The notes below the pieces were generated by a model, which was not told the DNA's origin, did no database searches, and saw only the letters and a list, made by a program, of their open reading frames with translations. From the NCBI GenBank assembly GCA_043801595.1, contig JAZDLW010000021.1, positions 1-64,000 on the forward strand: a stretch of DNA of 64,000 bases, in the 5' to 3' direction. Numbering within the stretch: position 1 is the stretch's first letter; every line of letters starts with the position of its first letter. This stretch comes from Candidatus Aenigmatarchaeota archaeon (GTDB lineage Archaea; Aenigmatarchaeota; Aenigmatarchaeia; JACPZZ01). Positions 20,763-29,669 of the stretch are shown in pieces. Made by a program: the position numbers and the translations under genes.

Positions 20763-21401
20763 ATGGCAATAACAGCAGCTGCACAAAAAGTCTGGAAAGG
20801 AAAGGAATGGTTCAAGGTTGTTTCTCCTTCGGAGATAGGCGACTATGTGATCGGCGAGACGCCCACACTGGACTCGGATGCGCTTGTTGGCAAGACAATT
20901 GAAGCGAGCCTGATGGACCTTGGCGGCGATCCCAGCAAATATTTTTACAAACTGAAATTCCGATTGATGTCTGTACAAAACGGCAAGGCAATGACCAGAT
21001 TTGAGGGATTGTCGTGCACGCGCGATTATGTCCTGAGAATGAGCCAACGCAGAACAACGCAGGTGCGGATTGTAATAGACATCAAAACAAAAGACGGTTG
21101 GAGTATCAGATTGAAGGGAATAGACGTGATGAACGGCATCGTACAATCCGCGATAAGCAAGGAAGTGCGAAAACAGAACGAGGAAATAATCAGGGCAGCG
21201 GCTTCGGAAAGGAACATGTACGAACTTCTCAACGACATATTGTCCGGAACATTGCAATCCACGATAAAGAGTTATTGCAGCAAGACCTATCCTGTGCGCA
21301 TTTGCGAGATAACCGCCATAGAAGTGTTTTCCGCCGGCACGATTGAAAACAAACCGGTTAAGGCTGAAGAAAAAATAGAAACTGTTCCGGAAGCACAATA
21401 A
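20763..21401 (+). CDS. rps3ae: 30S ribosomal protein S3Ae (eS1)
   Basis: KEWFKVVSP, IGETP, KLKF, TKDG, YPVR. Confidence 0.93.
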   Translation: MAITAAAQKVWKGKEWFKVVSPSEIGDYVIGETPTLDSDALVGKTIEASLMDLGGDPSKYFYKLKFRLMSVQNGKAMTRFEGLSCTRDYVLRMSQRRTTQVRIVIDIKTKDGWSIRLKGIDVMNGIVQSAISKEVRKQNEEIIRAAASERNMYELLNDILSGTLQSTIKSYCSKTYPVRICEITAIEVFSAGTIENKPVKAEEKIETVPEAQ

Positions 21402-21448
21402 ACAATTTTTTTTCCAATAAATTCCGCCAAGAAATATTTTTCGCAATT

Positions 21449-21688
21449 TTATTCCTTTACCGCTATCGCGACAGATATCCAGAACCAGCCTGTTCCCAAA
21501 AATAAAATAAAAGCGACGAAAAACGCGGTCATGTATCCCGCATCGCTGACGCCCACGGTCTTGTCAAGGTGCCCCATTATCCACGCGCCGATCATTGCCG
21601 AAAGCGCGCCGAGAACCCATACGACAACGTGTTTTGCGGATTCCTCTTTGGAACGATGATGGGGCATAATAATTGGTTTGTAATTCAT
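21449..21688 (-). CDS. Small 2-TM membrane protein
   Basis: 79-aa ORF with two hydrophobic helices. Confidence 0.65.
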   Translation of the reverse strand: MNYKPIIMPHHRSKEESAKHVVVWVLGALSAMIGAWIMGHLDKTVGVSDAGYMTAFFVAFILFLGTGWFWISVAIAVKE

Positions 21689-21733
21689 GATTAATAAATC
21701 TCGTTTAAGTGCTGCAACAACTTATCACTAATT

Positions 21734-22813
21734 ATGAAAGGCATAACGCCCGTGATTTCGCTGATTATGCTGATGCTTGTTACGGTCGGAATTGTCGGCG
21801 TATCGTACACGTGGTTTTCCGGACTGATGGCAAGCAACACCGAGAAAATTATAACCATTCCTCCTGGTGGCGCGCAGTGCTACAACAACAAGATAAACGT
21901 AATTGTCAGGAATTCCGGGACCACAACGAATATCACTGATGATGATATTGTTGTTGCCGATATCAACGGCGTTAGCGTACGCAACACGCTGTTTTTCGGC
22001 GGGTTCAACCAAAACGGGCTGGTCGGCTATTGGCGTTTCGAACAATCTAACGGCTCGGCTGCGACAAACGATTCGTCGGGATACGGAAACATGGGAACGC
22101 TGACGAATATGAACTTGACAGGCAATTCTACGTCAGGATTAACAACAAACGGAAGGTTCGGGAATGCGCTGGTGTTTGACGGGGTGAATGATTACGTTGA
22201 TGCGGGAAGTGCAGTGAGTCTGTACACCCCAACGCTTACTGTTTCAGCATGGATATATGAAAATACACTACCAAAAGTCGGCGACCAGCTGGGAATTGTG
22301 GAACAGTCAATTACTCCCGGTTATAGTGGATGGAGTATGCTAACGTGTTGTGGCGGTGGATCATCCGTTTACGTCTTTAATGCAGCAAACACAGGCGGAA
22401 GCCTTATTTCAGCCAGCGCCGGTACTGTTACAACAGGACGATGGATTCATTTAGTTGGAACAGTAGATAACAGCTTCATTAAAATTTACAGGAATGGTGT
22501 TTTATCGGATAGTCAACCTTTCACTACAGCCGTCAGGACTAATACCCAGACGATAAAAATCGGGAAGTATGCCTACTTTGGCGAGACGAACAGCTATTTC
22601 AACGGCGCAATCGACGAAGTCCAGATATGGAACAGGGTTTTAAGCTTTGAAGAGATATCGCAGTTGAACAAGACCAACTCCGGAAACTTTACGCTTGGTC
22701 CGAACCAGGGAACGCAGTTAATCAGGAATTATCCCATATTCGCCAGCGGAAAATACACTGTGCGCATAGGGACAAGAAGCAATGTTGCTGAGATGACCGT
22801 GGATTGTTTATAG
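21734..22813 (+). CDS. Type IV pilin with LamG-like jellyroll domain
   Basis: MKG|ITPVI signal; GLVGYWRF, FDGVNDYV, TVSAWI, WIHLVGT, FNGAIDEVQIWNRVLS LamG motifs. Confidence 0.88.
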   Translation: MKGITPVISLIMLMLVTVGIVGVSYTWFSGLMASNTEKIITIPPGGAQCYNNKINVIVRNSGTTTNITDDDIVVADINGVSVRNTLFFGGFNQNGLVGYWRFEQSNGSAATNDSSGYGNMGTLTNMNLTGNSTSGLTTNGRFGNALVFDGVNDYVDAGSAVSLYTPTLTVSAWIYENTLPKVGDQLGIVEQSITPGYSGWSMLTCCGGGSSVYVFNAANTGGSLISASAGTVTTGRWIHLVGTVDNSFIKIYRNGVLSDSQPFTTAVRTNTQTIKIGKYAYFGETNSYFNGAIDEVQIWNRVLSFEEISQLNKTNSGNFTLGPNQGTQLIRNYPIFASGKYTVRIGTRSNVAEMTVDCL

Positions 22814-22930
22814 CGCGACAGATTATGGCTAATAAATCCCGATTTATTTCTCCGGCATTGCCACGAATCAACGGATTCGCATGAATAAAGCATTTAAATC
22901 CGATGACCGAAGATTTTACTAGTGATAAAA

Positions 22931-23077
22931 ATGATGTTCTGCGAAATGTGCGGTGTAGAAATAAATCCCGGCGAGGATGTTGTCAGCAACGGAAGGATCG
23001 TTTGCAGGGCCTGCGCAGAGGTCGTTGGCAGCAAACCCGAAACGCCAGATTCCGAAGAAACGGATGAGGAAGAGTGA
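22931..23077 (+). CDS. Small CxxC-CxxC zinc-finger protein (48 aa, not in ORF track)
   Basis: MMFCEMCGVEINPGEDVVSNGRIVCRACAEVVGSKPETPDSEETDEEE; upstream TTTAAA box and GTGA SD-like motif. Confidence 0.72.
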   Translation: MMFCEMCGVEINPGEDVVSNGRIVCRACAEVVGSKPETPDSEETDEEE

Positions 23078-23176
23078 CTACCATCGAATGGTTACGTTAT
23101 TCCTTAATAAGGCTGTTTTTATGCTTTACGTAACGTATTTAAAACCAATCCCTGAATATCTTTAAAAGGGTATAAA

Positions 23177-23725
23177 ATGGCTGCTTTTGACATTAAAATC
23201 GAAAACGTTGTTGCCTCTGCGACGCTGAACGCAAAAATACCTCTTGACAAGATTGTCGGTTTTCTGGAAGGGACGGAGTACGAGCCTGAACAATTTCCAG
23301 GGTTGGTTTACCGTTTAAAAGATCCCAAAGCGGCTGCATTGATATTCAGTTCAGGAAAAATAGTATGCACCGGGGCGCGATCGCCGGAGTTGGCTGGAAA
23401 AGCGATTGCGAAGGTTGTCGAAATGATACGATCGGCGAATATCAAAGTTCCTCCCGGATACACGACACAGGTTGAAAACATTGTCGCGTCTGCGAAAATA
23501 CACGATGAACTGAATCTTGATGAGATTGCGTTCTCGCTCGAGAATGCGGAATACGAGCCGGAGCAGTTTCCAGGTTTGGTTTACAGGATGACAGATCCGC
23601 GCGTCGCGTTCCTTTTATTCGGATCCGGGAAAATCGTCTGCACGGGCGGTCGCACGATAAGCGACGTCAACAAGGCTGTCAAGAAACTGCACGAAAAATT
23701 AAAATCAATAAAGGCGCTAAAGTAA
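23177..23725 (+). CDS. tbp: TATA-box binding protein
   Basis: Two repeats of ENxVAS...YEPEQFPGLVYR...F.SGKIVCTG. Confidence 0.98.
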   Translation: MAAFDIKIENVVASATLNAKIPLDKIVGFLEGTEYEPEQFPGLVYRLKDPKAAALIFSSGKIVCTGARSPELAGKAIAKVVEMIRSANIKVPPGYTTQVENIVASAKIHDELNLDEIAFSLENAEYEPEQFPGLVYRMTDPRVAFLLFGSGKIVCTGGRTISDVNKAVKKLHEKLKSIKALK

Positions 23726-23757
23726 ACTTTTCTTTGAAAGAAAAGTTTAATCAAAAG
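23723..23757 (+). repeat. Family-1 palindromic repeat
   Basis: TAAACTTTTCTTT-G-AAAGAAAAGTTTA followed by ATCAAAAG; begins on the tbp stop codon. Confidence 0.7.
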
Positions 23758-23797
23758 AATCTTTAGGAAGCGTTAACGTAAAGAAACTCTTACACTT

Positions 23798-24424
23798 CTA
23801 TTTTGCTTTATTCTGCTCAACTCTGTTTCTCCATTTACTGTATATTACAGGCGCGCCCATTACTGTGAAAACCGCAGCTATGGCTCCGGCGGTATACGGT
23901 ATTGCGTTTGCGTAGCCTGCGACCAACTCAGCAGCGTAAATAGGCAGCGCAGTAATCGCGGTGTGATTGAACACGTTGTGCGCCATCGCAGCAAGGCCTG
24001 CTCTGACCGGTTTCTTGTCACCGCCTACAGCGTTATACGTATTTTGGAAAATCCTTCTGGCCGGAGGGTTCCACGTTTCGTAGAAAGCCTCGTACGCCTT
24101 CAGGTATTGTTTTTTCTGCAGGAAATTATTTACGCGCTCCTTGTCGTACATCTTGTCAGTATAGTCTGGAAGGTTCAATTTGGTTAATATTCTTTTTTTG
24201 GTTTCCTTCGTCAATGGAAGGGGCAATTCTCCTGATATAAAAAACGCTGCTATGTCCTTCGGGCTTTCTTCCATGTAATTTCCAAGAAATGTTTTCACTT
24301 TGTTGAAAACTCCGGGTTTTTTCGGGTAATTTTTCTCCAACTGTTCTCTTATGTTTTTGGAAACACTTTCGACGCTGTCCTCGCCCATAATACTTCTATA
24401 TGCACGCATACTAAAAACGGTCAT
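23798..24424 (-). CDS. Hypothetical membrane-associated protein, paralog of 24421-24990
   Basis: Shares YLKAYEAF, PPA, NAIPYTAGAIA and GAPV.YSKWRN with its neighbour. Confidence 0.78.
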   Translation of the reverse strand: MTVFSMRAYRSIMGEDSVESVSKNIREQLEKNYPKKPGVFNKVKTFLGNYMEESPKDIAAFFISGELPLPLTKETKKRILTKLNLPDYTDKMYDKERVNNFLQKKQYLKAYEAFYETWNPPARRIFQNTYNAVGGDKKPVRAGLAAMAHNVFNHTAITALPIYAAELVAGYANAIPYTAGAIAAVFTVMGAPVIYSKWRNRVEQNKAK

Positions 24425-24990
24425 TTCGCCTTATGCTTTGCAACGCTATTTCTCCACTTGCTGTAAACCACGGGCGCGCCCGCCAATGCGAAAAAACCTG
24501 CTATTGCGCCAGCCGTATACGGTATCGCATTCGAATAACCTAACAGAATTTCTGGTGGTGCGTATAAAGGAACCCAAATTATCGCGTGTGCCACAGAAGT
24601 ATAAAGCCAGTCCAAGGCGCTCGCCCTCACAGGATGTTTGTTTCCTCCCAATTTGTGATATACCCGTGCGTGTATTTTTTGCGCTGGCGGGTATCTGCTA
24701 TGCCAAAAGGCCTCATACGCTTTCAAGTATTCGCCCCTGTTCAGATATCTTTTTACCAGCTTCTTTTCCAAAAGATTGCCCCTATAATCGGTCAGGTTGA
24801 ATTTTTTTATCAGCTTATCCTTCACGTTGCTTGGAAGCGGCCATTCCGATACGCCGTATCCCCAAAAATCCTTTGGATTGTACACAACGTAATCGGTTGC
24901 AAATTTTCCTACCCTGCTCCAGAAACCGGGTTTATCGGTTTGCTTGGCCTCCAGCTCTTCACGAATTTTTTTCACGTCCTTTTTTTCCAT
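24421..24990 (-). CDS. Hypothetical membrane-associated protein, paralog of 23798-24424
   Basis: Tandem duplicate with ATGA overlap. Confidence 0.78.
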   Translation of the reverse strand: MEKKDVKKIREELEAKQTDKPGFWSRVGKFATDYVVYNPKDFWGYGVSEWPLPSNVKDKLIKKFNLTDYRGNLLEKKLVKRYLNRGEYLKAYEAFWHSRYPPAQKIHARVYHKLGGNKHPVRASALDWLYTSVAHAIIWVPLYAPPEILLGYSNAIPYTAGAIAGFFALAGAPVVYSKWRNSVAKHKAK

Positions 24991-25216
24991 AATTCTAATA
25001 AGGCAACCGCAAATTTATAACAAACCTATCGGAAACCCGCAAACAACCGCATTAAAAGCGTCCCGCAGCCTCTTAATTCGTATCAGTGGAAATGCTGGAG
25101 GGTAGTTTCGATCAGCGTATAAATATAACAGCTGTAGTTAGTTTACGGTTTTATAAGGGGTTTGGTGAACCAAATCGTTTTTGGGAATCCAAACACTTTG
25201 GGAAAAAGGGTTTGGT

Positions 25217-27229
25217 ATGGAGAACGACGAGATAACAAAAAGGTTTGTCCATTTTTTGCGTGAAAAATACTATCAAGAACTTTTAGAAGCGATTCGTGAC
25301 GGCAAGCCGTCACTGGAAATAGACTTCAAGGTTTTGGACGAGTTTGATTCGCCTCTATCTGAAAAATTACTTTACCAGCCCGATGAAACGTTAAAAATTT
25401 TCGACCTCGCGGCAAAACAGATTGACCTGCCGGACAGCGTTGAGATAAAATTCCGTTTCAAGAACCTTCCGGACTTTGCGTTCATACCAATACGGCATTT
25501 GCGCGCGCATCATATGGGACAGCTTATTTGCGTGGAAGGCACTATAAGAAGGTCGTCGGAAATACTTCCGGAGATCGCGGAGACGATCTGGACCTGCCCG
25601 CAGTGCGGTTCGCGCATTGTTATCGAACAAACGGAAAGGGCTATGAAGAAGCCGCTTTCATGCGACTGCGGCTACAAAGGACGTTTCGAGCTATTCAGCA
25701 AAAAACTCGTCGACACGCGCTGGATTTCGATAGAAGAGCTGTTCGAATCAACAGAAGGCGAGAAGCCGTCGCAATTAAACATCTATCTAAGAGACGATTT
25801 AACATCGCCTGCCATGAGACCGAAAACTGATGCGGGAAACAGATTAAGGATAACGGGCGTCTTGCGGGAAGTTCCCAAAGCAACGCAGAAAGGTAAACGC
25901 TCAGTCCAACTGGACATACTGCTCGCAGCCAACCATGTCGAAACTACGGAGATTGAGGCGAGCGATTTGAAAATATCGCCGGAGGACGAGCAGAAGATTT
26001 TTGAGTTGTCAAAAGACCCGAACATATACGAAAAGATCATCGACTCGGTTGCGACATCGATGTATGGACTGAGAGAAATCAAGGAAGCGATCGCATACCA
26101 GTTGTTCAGCGGCGTTCCCCATATTATGAAGGACGGAACGAGAATACGAGGCGACATACATATCCTGCTTATCGGCGAACCGAGTACTGGAAAAAGCCAG
26201 CTGCTGAAACTTGTTTCGAAGCTGGCAAACAGGGGAAAATACGTTTCCGGAAAAGGTGTTACGTCCGTGGGGTTGACGGCTGCGGTTATCAAAGACGAGC
26301 AATTCTCCGGAGGATGGGTTCTAGAAGCGGGCGCAATCGTTCTTGCAAACAAGGGCGTGTGCAATATCGACGAGTTCGAAAAAATGAGCGAGAGCGACCA
26401 AATCGCGCTGCACGAAGCGCTTGAACAGCAGACAGTAAGCATTGCAAAAGCGTCGATAATGGCAACGCTGCCAGCGCAAACTTCTGTACTCGCAGCTGCG
26501 AACCCGAAGTTCGGCCGCTTTGATTTTATGAAAGGGATTGCTGAACAGATAACCGTACCAGAAACACTGTTAAGCCGTTTTGACCTCAAGTTCGCGCTCT
26601 TTGACGTGCCGGATGTTGAAAAAGATGCGAAGCTGGCCGAACATATTATGAAGAGCAGGACAATGGACGATTATGAGGGAGCGCGGCCTGTGATTGAGCC
26701 GATGATGCTAAGAAAGTATGTCGCGTACGCAAGGAAGAACTGCATGCCGAAATTCACAGCAGAAGTTGGCGAGCTGATCAAAAAATTCTATATAGATACC
26801 AGGGCAAAGTACGTGCAACGCGGGCCTGTTTCGATAACTCCGCGACAGTACGAGGCGCTGTTAAGGCTGACAGAGGCGTCCGCGAAGATAAGGCTGTCTC
26901 CTGTTGTAACGGAAGAGGATGCGCACAGGGCAATAAAATTGCTGCAAACGTCATTGCAGCAACTGGGCCTTGATAAGGACACCGGCCTAATTGACATAGA
27001 CAAAATCGAAAGCGGGACTTCGTCCAGTCAAAGAAACAAGATCAGAATAATACTCGATGCCGTAGATTCGCTTACAAAGGAGATAGGAAAGGTAATACCT
27101 ATAGAAGACGTAATATCAGCTGCGGAGAACGGCGGAATGAGCGAGGCGGATGCAATGGAAATAATAGACCGCCTGAAAAAAGAAGGCCAGCTTATGGAAC
27201 CAAAGTACAAGCATTTGCAGAAGGTATAA
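25217..27229 (+). CDS. mcm: Replicative helicase MCM
   Basis: Zn ribbon CPQC..CDC, GEPSTGKSQ, IDEFEKM, LLSRFD, C-terminal winged helix; no intein. Confidence 0.97.
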   Translation: MENDEITKRFVHFLREKYYQELLEAIRDGKPSLEIDFKVLDEFDSPLSEKLLYQPDETLKIFDLAAKQIDLPDSVEIKFRFKNLPDFAFIPIRHLRAHHMGQLICVEGTIRRSSEILPEIAETIWTCPQCGSRIVIEQTERAMKKPLSCDCGYKGRFELFSKKLVDTRWISIEELFESTEGEKPSQLNIYLRDDLTSPAMRPKTDAGNRLRITGVLREVPKATQKGKRSVQLDILLAANHVETTEIEASDLKISPEDEQKIFELSKDPNIYEKIIDSVATSMYGLREIKEAIAYQLFSGVPHIMKDGTRIRGDIHILLIGEPSTGKSQLLKLVSKLANRGKYVSGKGVTSVGLTAAVIKDEQFSGGWVLEAGAIVLANKGVCNIDEFEKMSESDQIALHEALEQQTVSIAKASIMATLPAQTSVLAAANPKFGRFDFMKGIAEQITVPETLLSRFDLKFALFDVPDVEKDAKLAEHIMKSRTMDDYEGARPVIEPMMLRKYVAYARKNCMPKFTAEVGELIKKFYIDTRAKYVQRGPVSITPRQYEALLRLTEASAKIRLSPVVTEEDAHRAIKLLQTSLQQLGLDKDTGLIDIDKIESGTSSSQRNKIRIILDAVDSLTKEIGKVIPIEDVISAAENGGMSEADAMEIIDRLKKEGQLMEPKYKHLQKV

Positions 27230-27231
27230 TT

Positions 27232-27984
27232 ATGGCAGAAGTAAAGAAAAGGCTGACAGCGAGAAAGGTGCGAATTGCGGACGTATCCAAAGGAGCGTAT
27301 AAACCGGCAAGCGGAATGGTTTCCGGATATGTGATAACGCCGTACGGAATGAAAGTTTCGCGCGCGCGGATAATGGCGACAATTGTCGCAAAATTCGTTT
27401 CCGAGGACAAAAATTTCGCATCAGCCACGCTTGACGACGGCACGGAAACAATGCGCGCAAAGGCTTTCGGTTCGACGAGATTTTTTGACAGCGTCGAAAT
27501 CGGGGATATGGTCGACATTATCGGAAAGATAAAAGAATACGCTGACGAGATTTACGTAACGCCCGAGATCGTTGTTAAAATAACCGATCCGAATTTCGAA
27601 TCGCTGCGGAGACTGGAGTTAATAAAACAGCACGCTGACTGGAAAAAGAAGATCGCGGTCATCACGGAATCGCTGGAAAAGGAAGGAACGCCGGATAAAG
27701 TCGCGGAAGCTGTTAAAAACGAGATAAACGCCGAGGATGTTGAGTCGATACTCGAGTTTTTATCCGGACCTGCGCCTGTGGAGGAGAAAAAAGACGACAA
27801 GGATGTTGCGAAAAGCACTGTGCTTGCGATCATAACCGAGCTGGATAAGGGCGAAGGCGTGACTTATTCCGAATTAATGACCAAAGCGAATGTTGATGAA
27901 AAAACATTCGACAAGGTTGTCAACGACCTGCTCGAGGAAGGCACATGCTACGAGCCGAAGCCCGGACAGCTGAAGAAGTGCTGA
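27232..27984 (+). CDS. RPA2/RPA32-like OB-fold protein with C-terminal winged helix
   Basis: VSRARIMATIV, LDDGT, IIGKIKEY, EGTCYEPKPG. Confidence 0.85.
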   Translation: MAEVKKRLTARKVRIADVSKGAYKPASGMVSGYVITPYGMKVSRARIMATIVAKFVSEDKNFASATLDDGTETMRAKAFGSTRFFDSVEIGDMVDIIGKIKEYADEIYVTPEIVVKITDPNFESLRRLELIKQHADWKKKIAVITESLEKEGTPDKVAEAVKNEINAEDVESILEFLSGPAPVEEKKDDKDVAKSTVLAIITELDKGEGVTYSELMTKANVDEKTFDKVVNDLLEEGTCYEPKPGQLKKC

Positions 27985-28044
27985 TACCATTTTCTTAAAT
28001 CGCTCAGATTTATAATTAATAATATCGAAATCAAAGATGATTCT

Positions 28045-28320
28045 ATGGACAAGGAAACAATAAAGAAAGTTGCCGAAGTCGCAAGGCTAAATCTGACGGA
28101 AAATGAATTCGAAGAGTTCGAAAAAAGTTTTGGCGATATTCTCGGCCACTTTGCCATACTGCAGAACGCAAAGCTGGAAGAACCGGAAAAACAGGAAGGC
28201 GGAGCGAACATTCTTAGAGATGATAAAGCTGACATCGACAGGGATATTGCAAAAAAAATAATGGAAAACGCGCCTGTTAAGGAAGACAAACTTCTCAAAG
28301 TGCCGAAGGGGTCAAAATGA
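28045..28320 (+). CDS. gatC: Asp/Glu-tRNA amidotransferase subunit C
   Basis: VAEVARLNL, LRDD, NAP, KVPK; upstream of gatA. Confidence 0.9.
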   Translation: MDKETIKKVAEVARLNLTENEFEEFEKSFGDILGHFAILQNAKLEEPEKQEGGANILRDDKADIDRDIAKKIMENAPVKEDKLLKVPKGSK

Positions 28321-29669
28321 AACTCGACGAAAAGGTCAATTCATACCTCGATAACATCGCAAAAAGCGGATTGAACGCATTTATCACAGTTAATAAAAAT
28401 GCCGGGAAAGAAGCGGAGATTATACAGAAAAAAATCAATGCCCACACTGCGGGAAGGTTAGCCGGTTATGTTTTTGCAATAAAAGACAACATTGCAGTAA
28501 AAGGAATGCGTTTAACGTGCGCGTCGAAAATGCTTGAGAATTATATTTCGCCGTACGACGCAACGGTCATACGCAGAATAAAAGCCGAAGACGGGCTGAT
28601 TATCGGAAAAGCGAACATGGACGAATTCGCGTGCGGAGCTTCCGGAGAAACAAGTTTTTTCGGAGCAACGCTGAACCCGCACAATAATAAAAAGGTCGCT
28701 GGCGGATCTTCGTCCGGTTCGGCGGCAGCTGTTGCTGCTGGATTGTGCGACGCTGCGCTAGGCTCTGATACCGGCGGTTCGATACGATGCCCGTCATCGT
28801 TCTGCGGAGTTTTCGGATTAAAACCGACTTACGGTTCAGTGTCGCGCTATGGTTTGGTCGATATGGCAATGAGCCTGGACCAGATAGGACCTATAACGAA
28901 AAACGTTTCCGATGCTACGCTGATATTGTCGGTGATAAACGGACAAGACAACATTGACAGCACAGTGGAAAACAGCGTTGCAAACTACGAAAAGTTTGCG
29001 AAAGCAAAGCTGGATGGCATGAAAATCGGAGTCCCGAAGGAATTTTTTGAAGGCTGTTCAAAGGATGTTGAGAAAGGCGTGATGGAAGGCATAGAAATAT
29101 TAAAAAACGAGGGCGCAAAGGTTGTTAACTTCTCATTAGCGTACACGAAGCTCGCGGTTCCGACATACTATCTCAATGTTTTCGCTGAGTTTTCCTCGGG
29201 AATGCAGAAATTTGACGGGCTGAAATATGGTTTCAGAAAAGACGGCAAAGATCTCAATGACACTGTTTCGGAGAGCAGAAGCGCGTCGTTCGGAGAAGAA
29301 GTCAAGAGGCGCATACTACTCGGGACATACATAACAACGAAGGAATTCAGGGGTAAATGGTATTCGATTGCATTAAAATCGCGCGAACTGATAAGAAACG
29401 AACTGCTTCACGCGTTCAAAAAATGCGATCTAGTCGTTGGACCAACCATGCCGTTCACAGCGTTCGGGATAGGCGAGAAAATAAACAATCCGCTGGAAAT
29501 GTATCTTGCCGACATACTGACCGTTTCTGCGAACCTGGCAGGATTGCCGGCTGCTTCGATTCCTCTCAAAGTTAAGGGAATGCCAATAGGAATGCAACTG
29601 CATGCTAACATGAACAACGAGGGAAAGATAATAACCGCTGCTTCGGCGTACGAGAGGGCGGCGAAATGA
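28317..29669 (+). CDS. gatA: Asp/Glu-tRNA amidotransferase subunit A
   Basis: IKDNI, GGSSSGS, GSDTGGSIRCP amidase signature. Confidence 0.96.
   Translation: MKLDEKVNSYLDNIAKSGLNAFITVNKNAGKEAEIIQKKINAHTAGRLAGYVFAIKDNIAVKGMRLTCASKMLENYISPYDATVIRRIKAEDGLIIGKANMDEFACGASGETSFFGATLNPHNNKKVAGGSSSGSAAAVAAGLCDAALGSDTGGSIRCPSSFCGVFGLKPTYGSVSRYGLVDMAMSLDQIGPITKNVSDATLILSVINGQDNIDSTVENSVANYEKFAKAKLDGMKIGVPKEFFEGCSKDVEKGVMEGIEILKNEGAKVVNFSLAYTKLAVPTYYLNVFAEFSSGMQKFDGLKYGFRKDGKDLNDTVSESRSASFGEEVKRRILLGTYITTKEFRGKWYSIALKSRELIRNELLHAFKKCDLVVGPTMPFTAFGIGEKINNPLEMYLADILTVSANLAGLPAASIPLKVKGMPIGMQLHANMNNEGKIITAASAYERAAK

Noticed and set aside
21734..22813. Diversity-generating retroelement target in the LamG pilin
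   Set aside because: No reverse transcriptase and no template/variable repeat pair visible in this window.
25000..25216. Replication origin upstream of mcm
   Set aside because: No cdc6/orc1 gene, no recognisable ORB repeats and no long AT-rich unwinding element; the palindromes fit operators better.
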